From NCBI GenBank assembly GCA_024626585.2, contig JANKJI020000002.1, positions 7,395,748-7,413,473 of the forward strand: DNA of 17,726 nt, given 5' to 3'. This DNA is from Ginkgo biloba (taxonomy: Eukaryota; Plantae; Ginkgophyta). Both the position numbers and the translations under genes were made by a program. Of the stretch, positions 1 through 10,924 are shown one piece after another (position 1 is the first letter of the stretch; the number at the start of each line of letters is the position of its first letter). Below the pieces are notes generated by a model. The model made no database searches, was not told the origin of the DNA, and was given only the letters and a program-made list of their open reading frames with translations.

Positions 1-920
1 CATCTGTTTCATATCTTGCTAAATTCATCTTCAATAAGAAAATATTTTTTTTGCATTCTTCCTTTATGATTGCATTCTTAGAAGTAGTTGTTTTTAGACA
101 ATAATTATTTCTTTCAAATCTAGAACTGATCATTAGCATTCATTACAAATTCCAATGTATATTTCCATTGGAGAATTTCTTAGAACTAGTCTTTACGAAA
201 GGTTGGCATCGAATTTTACTTCAATATGGAGCTTAGTAAACCTCCAAAAGAATTTATAGGCCATTTTCATCACCTAACAACTTATTTCTACATATACACT
301 ATGTCATACTTGGCCTTAGTAGTAGGTTGCTATACTCTGAGCATATAATTTGAGTTATTTTAGTCTACAGGGGTATTTGGAATCTTTAGATATTCATTTT
401 TGACTGATAAGTCACTATAATATATAAGTACTTGTTAAACCCTACTTTCTACATTATTGCTACATACTATTTTTAACATACTATAAAATAATACAAAATA
501 TAAATGAGTCTAAAATATGAAATTATACTTCTATATGCATGTGTAAGGGTCTATAGATCTTGCGAATGCATAATTATACTCTTTGCAATAGGGTGATCTT
601 ATTCAAAGATTTGTTTGGTACTATTTCTGGGTGATTTACATGGACATTAAGGTTTAATGTACTTATTAATTTCCCTAATTCTTAGGTTCTAAACCCTAGT
701 GCCCAGTATAGGTGGTAACTTACTTTGGCAAGGAATCCACTTAGGGGATTTCTTGTGCATAGATTTTGGTATGATTACATTTATTGTATTTTTCCTAGAT
801 GGAGATTGTATAGGCCATAACCCTTTATGAGAATTTATGGTTTTTACCAGGGCAATTAATAATGAGGATAGGGATAACACCTTGAAAACCCTTAGAGATT
901 CTATAGTGTTGTGAGGTACA

Positions 921-1641
921 TGTTAGAACTTATAGTGAGTTGTACATCTATATTGACTAGCATGATTATGTATTGTGCACAATATTTATTACTCATACTT
1001 ATGTTGTAATTAGTTATGCTTGCATGTATGGTTAATATTAGTTAGGGGTGTATGTAGAAAATTGTTTGTGAGTTATAAATTTATTTGAATTTTGTATATC
1101 AGTTGGTCTATAAATAATACACATTGTTTATGATTTTTACATCGAACATCTATTTGTACACCGATTATCTTAACTTGTACCCTAATTGTCTTAAGTTGTA
1201 CACTAGTCAATAACTTTGTGTATTGATTGTCTTGATATTTAACTTAGTGTGTAGATAAAATAATGTTTAGGAAGAATTTAGTTTGATAGTTTTGTAATAG
1301 CTAAGAAAATTCTTATTACAGTTATCGAACTGTCTAAGAAGTAGTTGGTTGATGTAACAAACTTATATCCTATATAATTAGAGACTCTAGAAGGCATGGA
1401 AGTCAGACTAAGGATTCTTGACTTTATGTTATAACTTTGTGGCAAGAGATTTATGCATGTACTCAATTTCTATATTAGTAAAAGAAGTCTTTGGTCCATT
1501 CTATGTATTTTGATTCAGTTGATTGGTTGTTTATGCAATTTCTATGAGAATGTATTGGATGTTTTCCATGATGAATAAATAGTTATTCTATTATACACAA
1601 TAAATATTCAGTTAGTGGTTGTACATGATGAATTGCTAATA
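921..1641 (+). mobile_element. Putative 5' LTR of the gag-bearing element downstream
   Basis: Starts TGTTAG (921) and ends CTAATA (probably CTAACA after C->T) at 1641. AATAAA signals lie near the end, and TTT-TGGTGGC follows directly. Boundaries are inferred; no partner LTR in the window. Confidence 0.4.
1154..1236 (+). repeat. Degenerate ~21-bp tandem repeat x4 (TTGTACAC.GATTGTCTTAA.)
   Basis: Units start at 1154, 1175, 1196 and 1216. Confidence 0.65.
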
Positions 1642-1644
1642 TTT

Positions 1645-1658
1645 TGGTGGCATTTCAT
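1645..1658 (+). promoter_or_regulatory. Possible non-Met primer-binding site (TGGTGGCATTTCAT)
   Basis: TGG (complement of tRNA CCA) 3 nt after the putative LTR end and upstream of gag. Cognate tRNA not identified. Confidence 0.3.
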
Positions 1659-2561
1659 AACCGAACCTATGTGTCAAAATCAATAAAGGTCATAATGCCT
1701 TTGTGGATGGGTGACAACAAAACATTAAAGACATAATATTCATTAAGTACCATTTTTTCTTGATGGGGATATGAACTATTTATGTCTACTATACATAAGA
1801 AGAAGTCTAAAAAAATTGGTGAGTGCAAGAAAAAATGTTGCATAAGGATTTTTCTTTTTGGCTAAGGATGTATACCATTAATTAAAAAATCCATGGTTCA
1901 GGCATGATGGTCTTTGAAGGCTAAAGGCCATCAACCAAGAGCATTCAATGCTAATAAACATGAGCTTTTCAAATCTATCAGAGATGGGGGAATAAATAAG
2001 GGAGATATNNNNNNNNNNAAAGATAAGAAGGGAGTGAGGCAACTGTGGTTTCCTATAGAGGAAAAAACTAGGCATGTTGTGAGAGGATTATTGTCAAAGT
2101 CTGATGAGGGGGTAGATGATAAAGAGGTAGCTACTTGCGAGGAGGGATTTGACATCAACATTGTTATTGTTGGGGAAGATATGACTAGTGTGGAGTGTCT
2201 TGAATCTCAATCCTAGTCCAACAATCAATTATCATAAAATCCACTAGTAGTGGGGGACAAAAAGAAGGCAATTATAAAATAAATATTAGAGCAGAACATT
2301 GAAATAACAGGTGAAGACCCCTTGGCCTTTGTATGCATTAAATAAGTTATATATAGTTCAACTCTAACATTAGATAGAGAAAATAATGACCAATTATTTA
2401 ATGACAAAAAGTGGTTAGACACACAAACTCATAATATCAAACCAAGAGTAGTATTGTAGAAGGCAGTGGAACCATTTTTTTCATGATTTAATTTGTTAGC
2501 TCTTCCAACCTTTAAATGACTAATGAAGAGCAGTGCATATATATTTGATTTGAGGGAGAAA

Positions 2562-3494
2562 ATGTCAGCCTCAAGACGGTTTTTGGACCTGAGTCACGAT
2601 GCTTCCAGTGGAGGAAATAGAGGAAGTAACTAGCCATCTAGCGTTGAAGGTAATGGCAACGACCCTTACATTGTGTATCATGGTGATCGTCTAAATTCAT
2701 TAATATATGATGGGACGGGAGAATTGGCAGACCATTTAGCATTATTTAATAATTGGATTACAATTTGGAAGATTACAAATAAAACATAAATTTAACTTAA
2801 ATTAAAGAAACATGCAGAGGCTCATTTCTTTTCAACTTTAAGAGGTATTGCCATTTCCTGGTATCAGTATGCAATCATTAATAATTCGACATGGAAGGAA
2901 TTGCAACGAGCCTTAATGGATAGATTCCAGAGGCTACGAGATCCATTGATTATTTTACAGTCCTTAGAAGTAATTCTGCAATTACCATGTGAATCGGTAA
3001 AAGATTTTAATGGAAGGATACGAATACTAATAAATAGGATGGATCCTGCACATCCAATCCCTTTGCATCATGTTCTAAGGTACTTTGTTCAAGGACTATT
3101 GCCTTAAGTTTGGGATTGGGTGAATTTACACCCCATCACCAACTATTTGGAAGTCTGAGAATTAGCCATGAAATTTGAGAATCAGTAGCAGACAAAACAA
3201 GTAGCAAAGAACACAACTAGCTTGGAGGTGGATGCCTTGAGGAATGAGATCACAACATTGAGATTGCAGGCAGCAGTCCCTATGACAAATGCTCAAGTTC
3301 CATCCTTCAATCCTAAGGTTGATGCATTGAGGGTTGAAATAGCCAAGTTGAAACAGACAGTTCATGCTCCCGAAAAACCAAGGGAAGGAGTGTCGTGTGG
3401 TCTACCCTGCAATTCCCAAGGTCATATTCGAAATGAGCATATTGAACAAAATAGCCATAGTGTACAACGAGGGGCCATAACAAAGAATGTTTAA
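2562..3494 (+). pseudogene. Decayed Ty3/gypsy-type retrotransposon gag (capsid domain, coiled coil, zinc-knuckle remnant)
   Basis: Single frame through 6 internal stops: YDGTGELADHL..FFSTLRGIAISWY..TWKELQRALMDRF..QLPCESVKDFNGRI (major-homology-region-like)..YFVQGLLP..CGLPCNSQGHIRNE. Joins ORFs 2901-3107 and 3222-3494. Confidence 0.85.
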
Positions 3495-4263
3495 TACCTA
3501 GGCAGNNNNNNNNNNNNNNNNNNNNNNNNNNNNNNNNNNNNNNNNNNGCAACATGAGTGTCCTTCATATAATAAACAAGGATTATGTTTGTGTTAAGTTT
3601 TTGTTATCAAGACTCATTTGCGCAAATTTACTATTTCTAGCAATTTTTTATTTTTTGATAAAATTTTCTATTTTAGAAAAGTTTTTATTTTTGGAAATTT
3701 TCTATTTTGGGAAAATTGTTTCTTTTGTGACGAGTTTCAAGTTTGCATGCATGTGTTTTTTGAATGGTTGGATGCATGCATGTTCGTTTCAATGGTTGCA
3801 TGTGTTTTCTGGTGCATGCATATGGTTGTACGATTANNNNNNNNNNNNNNNNNNNNNNNNNNNNNNNNNNNNNNNNNNNNNNNNNNNNNNNNNNNNNNNN
3901 NNNNNNNNNNNNNNNNNNNNNNNNNNNNNNNNNNNNTTTCCTTCTAAAATTAAATAACACATTGAGTGTTACCTTTACTACATTTCATACCTTCATCGGG
4001 TTTGGTAGACACCAATAATGCTATAAATAAAAAAACCTCTCAGACCTTCGCAATCCTGAAAGTCCAAAATATTTTTCCTAATACTTAATAAAAAAATTTT
4101 CACTCTTGCAAGTGCGGCATGGATTCTCCTTCATCACTAAAATTTTATGAGTTTGATTAACGATTCATCTTATTACAAGGGCATGTATATCCTCTTATCA
4201 TATGAGAGCACATTGGTTCATTCTCCACCTTGCATATCATTGGTGGGAGAAGGTTGAAGGGCA

Positions 4264-5300
4264 TGTGATGTCATGGGAAAATAATTATCATTGTTTGAGA
4301 TATGGATATGCCAAGTGCCATCATTAAAAAGCCTTAGTTTGAGCCATAGTTTAGGTCATGGGTAGTCCCATCTTGACCCATATAAAAACACTATGACAAT
4401 TATCATGGCATTATTATCATAAATTGGTGGGGAAGAGACTATTTTCCTCTAACAAGAGACCAACACACTATCCTTCTATACTTGAGAGAGATGGAAGCAT
4501 AATTTTGTTAAGAGAATTAAATTTCATTAGGGTTTCATTAACCTCCACTCTATCATTCAAGTTTCTTCATTATATATTCATCTCAGAGAGAGAGTACACC
4601 CATTAATGAGATTCACTTAGATTTGGTAAGGTAAACCCCATTGTATTGCCCCCTTCTTTTATTTATATCATCTACCCCAAGAGGCTTTTGCTTCCATAAA
4701 TTTTTGCCATTCATGTGAGTTTCCTTCTATTTTTCCAATGGGTCCTACCCCTTTTCTAGTAGATATTACATATGTTTCATAGGGTTTGCTTTGTCCTTAT
4801 GTGTGCAAGTTTTGTAAGGGAAAGATTAAAGGGCACTTAAGAGACAAGCCAAAGAGGTCAAGGCAACACATTAGAAGTAATTTCCTGATAATCCTAGGCC
4901 TTGTATGAAACCCATATGAAAGTTGTATGCTTTGAATCGTTTTACTGCTTCTAAATGAATGCTTATATAATCCATTTTTTAGGAATTCTAAAACCCTCAT
5001 AATGTTGGTTTTGATTTTGAAGATGGTGTTGTAATTTGGAATGTGAGGGTACTCATGATTAGGAATCAAATTATGTACTAATTGGTTTTGATTTTGAAGA
5101 TGGTGTTGTAATTTGGGAGATGAGGATACTCACAATTTGGAAACAAATTATGTACTATGTACTAAAATGTAAATATAANNNNNNNNNNNNNNNNNNNNNN
5201 NNNNNNNNNNNNNNNNNNNNNNNNNNNNNNNNNNNNNNNNNNNNNNNNNNNNNNNNNNNNNNNNNNNNNNNNNNNNNNTATATTATAAATTAGTGTTACA
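4264..5300 (+). mobile_element. Possible LTR-like segment (TGTGATGTC...GTGTTACA), spanning a gap
   Basis: Purine-rich tract (GGTGGGAGAAGGTTGAAGGG) before TG, TATAAAAA at 4381, GGTAAG donor-like site near 4625, GTGTTACA end. No partner LTR or TSD. Confidence 0.3.
5005..5157 (+). repeat. Tandem duplication of a 76-bp unit (5005-5080, 5082-5157)
   Basis: Both copies begin TTGGTTTTGATTTTGAAGATGGTGTTGTAATTTGG and end CAAATTATGTACTA. Confidence 0.92.
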
Positions 5301-5379
5301 TGCCCCTAAAACACAATGATTAATTTAGGATAAGGAACTGGATGAGGTTGTTGGGTTACTAAGGTGGCACCCATATTAG

Positions 5380-6129
5380 TGTTAGGAGGAACATATATTA
5401 TAGAATTAGAACAATCGGTAAGAAACAACATACAATTAAAAAGATAAAAGTGACATGCAATATAAAAAATAGAAAAAATATGTAGTGCAAAAATAGAAAA
5501 AAGCATGTAGTTTGCATGCATAGATTGATACGTCTAGCATGCAAGTGAGAAAAATAAATTAACTAAGTTCACTAGTATAAGAAAGGGTTTAGAAAGGGAA
5601 AATGACGTTTTGGAGCAGTCTTGGCAAGGCAAATTAAGCTAGGTTGATCCTCCCATGGATCATTGAGAATGGTTCCCTCTATGAACTCATCTATGAAGGA
5701 GTGTTTTGTCTTATTATTGACATCCAAATGGTTTCAGTCATTGTGAGAGATCACTGGTGCAACCATGTAGTCTATGCACACCATCGGGAAGGCATCTTCT
5801 TCTCATCACAATTCAGGTTTCCTATGATAAATAAGTTTTAGAGATTTTTTCCAATGGTTGCTTTGGTCAAGATTTGAAAAAATATATGTAATCATTATTG
5901 TTTTGGTTAAGAATAGAATAAGTATATGTCATCATTTTTTTTCATAATGGAATTTAATATAATAACAATTTTTGTGCATGTAAACCAACACCCTTTAGGG
6001 GTATTTTATAGTCCTAACACCATTTATTGTTTGCTATCCTAAGTATTGTTTACTATTAAGACGGTTTATTGTTTATTATCTATTGGATTTTTTCTATCAT
6101 CTAACAAAAAATCAAGACGTGTCCTAGTA
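5380..6129 (+). mobile_element. 5' LTR of a Ty3/gypsy chromovirus-type retrotransposon
   Basis: Begins TGTTAGGA and ends TCCTAGTA (decayed TCCTAACA). Directly followed by a PBS and gag; colinear homology to 13936-14633. Confidence 0.8.
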
Positions 6130-6130
6130 A

Positions 6131-6142
6131 TGGTATCAAAGC
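6131..6142 (+). promoter_or_regulatory. Primer-binding site for tRNA-iMet (TGGTATCAAAGC)
   Basis: 11/12 match to the canonical plant TGGTATCAGAGC, 1 nt after the LTR end. Confidence 0.85.
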
Positions 6143-6339
6143 ACTGATTCTACATTAGTTGGTAGTTATTGTTGGTAAGGTAAAAAATGTTAGCTTGCAG
6201 TAGGACAAACCAAAGCAATTATAAGCAAGAATATCTAGTACAAGAAGCCTTGGAGGGAAATTTAAGGCTTGTTCATCAATATTTACAAGAGGTGGGATGA
6301 CAAAGAAAAGATTCAAAAAATTATCCTTTACTTTGAAGA

Positions 6340-7347
6340 AACTATGTATGAATGGCGGCACAAGGTGTATTTGGATATTCAAGATTAGGAAAGGTTAGAG
6401 TTTCTAACTTGGGAGGAATTCACTACTAATTTTTTTGAAGTGTTTGATATAAGGAACATGAAGGACTATTTTATAGATGCAAAAAATNNNNNNNNNNNNN
6501 NNNNNNNNNNNNNNNNNNNNNNNNNNNNNNNNNNNNNNNNNNNNNNNNNNNNNNNNNNNNNNNNNNNNNNNNNNNNNNNNNNNNNNNAGGACTATTTTGT
6601 AGACCTAAAAAATATAAGGCAAACTAATTTTGTGGAAAATTCCATCTTAGAATTCAGAACACTTATTGTGTTGGTATGAGGAATTCACGAACCACATCAA
6701 TGTTTATCAATGGGGTAAAGGGACCCCTAAGAGGTAATATAAAGGTCCATGCACCCAAGAACTTGGAGGAGTCCATGAATAAGGCATTGGCCTATGAAGA
6801 AATAATGACACAATGGTATAAAGACTGGATCATAATAAATTCCAACTAGCAAAAGATAGGGGGAGTGGCACCATTTGTAAGACAAAATAAATCAAGTTAT
6901 AGTTGGTCAAGATTGTTATAGTTAGTGAGATCCATATCAAAACATTAGACCCAAGTCAACTTGATGAGCTCTAGAGAAAGGGCCTTTGTTTCTATTATTT
7001 GGCAAGACGAAAACATGGCCATAAATATGCTTATAAATGACACATCCTTTCCTAACGAAGAAGAAGGAGAAAGTGAGGAAATCAATAATAGGGATAAAGT
7101 GAATGACAGAGAGGATGTTGATTGCATCATGGAGAAAAAAAAACCAATCATATTCCTTTTGACCATGACTGGTGTATTCCAACCAAGAACCCTGTGAGTG
7201 ATTTTACATGTTAATAAGATGAAGTTAATTGGGTTGATTGATATGAACAATACATATAACTTCATTAAGTATTTAGTGGCCAAAAAACTAAATCTTCCAG
7301 TTGATAGAACCATTAGGTTTAAGGTTAAGGTTGTGGATGGTGCAACA
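6340..7347 (+). pseudogene. Decayed gag + aspartic protease N-half of a chromovirus (Reina/CRM-like) element
   Basis: LTWEEF; LKNIRQTNFVENSILEFRTL; FINGVKGPLRGNIKVHAPKNLEESMNKALAYE; knuckle remnant RKGLCFYY..GHKY (6975-7028); protease LIDMNNTYNFI (7234-7266, cf. LIDSGSTHNFI)..VAKKLNLP..FKVKVVDG. Homology stops at 7347. Confidence 0.88.
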
Positions 7348-7632
7348 TATTGGAATAATTAATTTTTATTTATTGTATCCTTATGTTTTTTTTATTGTAC
7401 ATTAATGTATTATTATGTAATAATCATGTAATTACTCATTGGTTAATTATAACGTTTGAAGGAAGTTATAATTGGTTGTTCTTTGGGGTGTCTTTAAATA
7501 AGACCCCATACCCATTGTACTATCATTAAGTGATTGTGAGATTCAAATAAAAAATCTTATGGTGAAAAAATCCTTATGTTCTTCTATGCATAAATTTTCT
7601 CTTTGAATCCTACCTGAGATTCTATCCTCACA
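7348..7632 (+). mobile_element. Short (~285 bp) 5' LTR of a second LTR element inserted into the protease
   Basis: Starts TATTGGAA (probably TGTTGGAA) where protease homology ends. Has TTTAAATAAGACCCC TATA-like box, AATAAA and a CA end, followed by a perfect PBS. Confidence 0.7.
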
Positions 7633-7634
7633 TG

Positions 7635-7646
7635 TGGTATCAGAGC
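7635..7646 (+). promoter_or_regulatory. Primer-binding site for tRNA-iMet (TGGTATCAGAGC)
   Basis: Exact canonical 12-mer, 2 nt after ...CTCACA. Confidence 0.92.
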
Positions 7647-9249
7647 GGGTAGGAAGCAGATTAAAGCATTAAGGATCAAAATCCTCAATGAAGAAATTGA
7701 AGAAAGGATTTAACACTAGTTCGTACGAATCTACTATAGTGAATGTATATGTAAAGAAACTCTAAGGGAAAAATTGAGAGTCATTGCAGCCAATGTAGAA
7801 GAGAATCACTCAAATAGTAAAGAAAGAAAGAGGAATTCTAAAANNNNNNNNNNNNNNNNNNNNNNNNNNNNNNNNNNNNNNNNNNNNNNNNNNNNNNNNN
7901 NNNNNNNNNNNNNNNNNNNNNNNNNNNNNNNNNNNNNNNNNNNNNNNNNNNNNNNNNNNNNNNNNNNNNNNNNNNNNNNNNTCGTAAAAAAAAAAAAAGA
8001 GACTACCTAAGAGACGGCACATAGAAGTTATCCTATGTAGACTAGACGTTGTGCTTACAAATAGAGATTGGTTAAAGTTGATCCGAACGAAAGAATTTAA
8101 GAAGATCAACGTCGATTGAAGAGATAGGGCGTAGAGGAATGTTGTAAAATATTAAATAAAGATCACTATGAATGTTGTCTCCCAAACAAGAACAAGTCAT
8201 CTTGAGTGAGTAGGTGTTATGGAGTTAATTTGATNNNNNNNNNNNNNNNNNNNNNNNNNNNNNNNNNNNNNNNNNNNNNNNNNNNNNNNNNNNNNNNNNN
8301 NNNNNNNNNNNNNNNNNNNNNNNNNNNNNNNNNNATCTATGGGACTATTACGAGTAAAAATCCCACCCGTCCTTGTTGGCTTAGGTGGTGATTGACGTGG
8401 CGCCCTTGGGTTGTTGTTGGTGATCAGTTCGTCGATGTGACATCTTGGTGGGCATTTATCTATTGTCATGAGCTTTTATTTCATTGGACTAGATGCCCCT
8501 TTTGTATTTAAATTTTATTGTTAGGAGTTGGTTGCATTTTAATTATCTTAGAGCAACCGTTTATTTTTTAATTTAATGTTTTAGTTGTGGTTGTTGAGCA
8601 AGTATGGCTCGAGTATGGTAAGCCATCTTGTTTGACCATTATTATATTATTTTAATATTTTTATAATTATAGGAGAGGATTTTTCATCTTGGGAGGCGCC
8701 TCTCACCTCTCACTCATGCACTTAGAATTTGGGAATTTTTTATTGTTGGGGGGAGCTTGGCATGGGAGAGCAAGTTTTTGGAGTTTTAAGAAGAGGAGAG
8801 CAATTTTAGTTTTTGAGATAAGAACAATGGAGTGTAAAGAAATGTGGGGTGTTGCATGAGAGCAACAATTTTTAGAGAGCTCCCATTTTTTGATGTTTGA
8901 ATGCAATGATGGAGTAGTTTTGGAGCAGATTTACACCATCTTGGAGAGAAGAATTATTTTCAGTCGGTTCCCCTTGTAGTTTATTTGTGTATTTGGCCAT
9001 AAAATTAATGGAAATATTATTTGAATGTCTTCATTTCAGTGTGAGAGTGAAATTTTTATAAATAAAATGGATTTATGGTTGTGGTTTCATGCTTGTTGAT
9101 GGTATTCTGAATGTGTCTTATTCTTAAATGTCTGTGGGAGTTTTTTATTTTGTTGTCAAACAAATTCAGAAGCATGTTAAATCACTCCCTACCTGTTTAA
9201 CCTAGTAATTTTGAGAAATTACGTTTTCATTTTAGGTTTTTGTTCAACT

Positions 9250-9900
9250 TGGGCGTGTTTTCTTTCTCCCTCGTTTGTCCTTGCAGGTGGAACATCTTGT
9301 TTGTTTTTCCCCTGCATTTTCCTCTATGTTCCCTTGTTCTCTTTTTTCGTATCCCCCCTCATTTCTACCTATTGTAGGGCATCTCAACTTTCCCTATGCC
9401 CCCTTCTCCCCACTGCGTCTCCCGTCTCCCCCCGCCTCTATCTTGCAACCTCTCATTCTCCCCGTCACCTTCACCCTGCATCTCCTTCACCCGATGCGAC
9501 TCCCATAGCCCCTATCATTTCTCTTACTGTCCCCACCCACCATGGCCTCCACATGCCTATCCCTTCCTTCTCATTCGTCATTGTGGTGGCTTTTCCCTTA
9601 CTCAACCTTCTACAACGACAACTCTTTACTTCTACATTCCATGTCCTTTCCTCCACACAAAACTTCACAGGTCTTCTCCACACAATTCTTCTTTGTCCCA
9701 GGTGTGCGAAGAACGAACAACAGTTTCTCCTCTTGCTCGAAATCCGTCCCTGCATTTTGCAACGTTTCTTATTCATGTTCAATAATTCTTCTTTGTTCGG
9801 TGGTGATTCTGCTCGTCGTTCTCTTCTCTATTCACTCATCAATCCAAAAAAAAATCCATCAAAAGATTCAGGGGTAAGGGCAGTGTCAATCCTCCTCTTC
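9250..9900 (+). repeat. C/T-rich, strand-skewed low-complexity tract retaining CpGs; probably TE/LTR-derived
   Basis: Many C runs and CT repeats, G-poor; overlapping spurious ORFs in all three + frames; GGTAAG near 9872. Confidence 0.45.
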
Positions 9901-10500
9901 AAAAACAAGAATTCACAACAAAAACGTATATTTACACAGTTTGTGGAAACCTACTCTGATACCTTGTTAGAATTAGAGTGTGCACATGACTCTCAGAGTT
10001 TTGGCATGAGCTTGATCCATTTTCAGATCCAAAACTAATTTTGTCAAATTTTAATAAAAAAATCAACTTGTAGTTAGATTTGAGAAAAATATATGTAGAT
10101 TCAGGTAAAGGTCCATAAGAAAAAAGTTGTAGTATTTACTACAAGCTTTAAAATGAGGCCAAGAGAACGTAAAATAGAGTTGTTGATCAAAAGTTATGAT
10201 ATAAGTCGTAGATGCCTAGAAAATAATGAATTTGTTAATATTGAAATTCTGAGATTCTTTGCGGTCCAACTTCTTTATTCACTGCCACATGCTTCTAAGA
10301 CCCTCACCAAACATCTTGAAATGGGGGTAATCCTTTAACTTTTAAGTCTAAAAAAATTAAGTTATATTATAGCATATAACTTTAAGAATTTGAAGTTCAA
10401 NNNNNNNNNNNNNNNNNNNNNNNNNNNNNNNNNNNNNNNNNNNNNNNNNNNNNNNNNNNNNNNNNNNNNNNNNNNNNNNNNNNNNNNNNNNNNNNNNNNN

Positions 10501-10924
10501 GTCCTAAATGGGTTCCACTGCCAAATAAAGTGCCAAATAATGCAAAATAAAAAGATACAATCGAATACATAAAATAGATAATGGTGTGGGGCACTTGTTA
10601 CCCACAATATCACTTGGAGGGGTGCACCTTCTTTCCTTATGGTAGTCTTTAGCTTCAAGGAGAAGAAGGATTGACATTTGAAAATCTGATGATTAAAAAT
10701 GAAGACGAGAAGTCTATTTATACCTCCAAATTAGGCACCCAACATTAGGTCACTTCTAGGTCTGGTTGGAGGTGTTGTTTAATCTTAAGGTGCATCTCAG
10801 CTTAAAGAATAGTGGTGCCTTCCTTCTAAGCATGTATGCACTTGAATTTAAGTTGTTTTAAGGTCCTTTTGACCTGCTAAATGGGGATACCTCTTCTTAT
10901 ACCTTAGTTGTGACTTACGCCACA
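10501..10924 (-). mobile_element. Antisense LTR fragment abutting the resumed pol
   Basis: Minus strand starts TGTGGCGTAAGTC at 10924 and has a GTATAAATAG TATA box (plus-strand CTATTTATAC, ~10714-10723). Pol homology begins immediately after 10924. The other end is lost at the gap. Confidence 0.55.

Noticed and set aside
1-920. Possible decayed coding sequence including ORF 689-880 (-)
   Set aside because: No recognisable motif in the frames examined; left unannotated.
3313-4018. Several ORFs of 84-134 aa and TGCATGCA (RY-like) clusters
   Set aside because: The ORFs are inflated by N-gaps and T-rich sequence; TGCATG clusters also arise from CpG decay in repeats, and no gene is nearby.
9211-10038. 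Longest ORF (275 aa) and overlapping ORFs 9275-9508, 9396-9785, 9542-9877, 9471-9782
   Set aside because: C/T-rich low-complexity DNA suppresses stops in all frames; the products are S/P/L/F-rich with no recognisable domain, and the long ORF starts at TTG rather than ATG.
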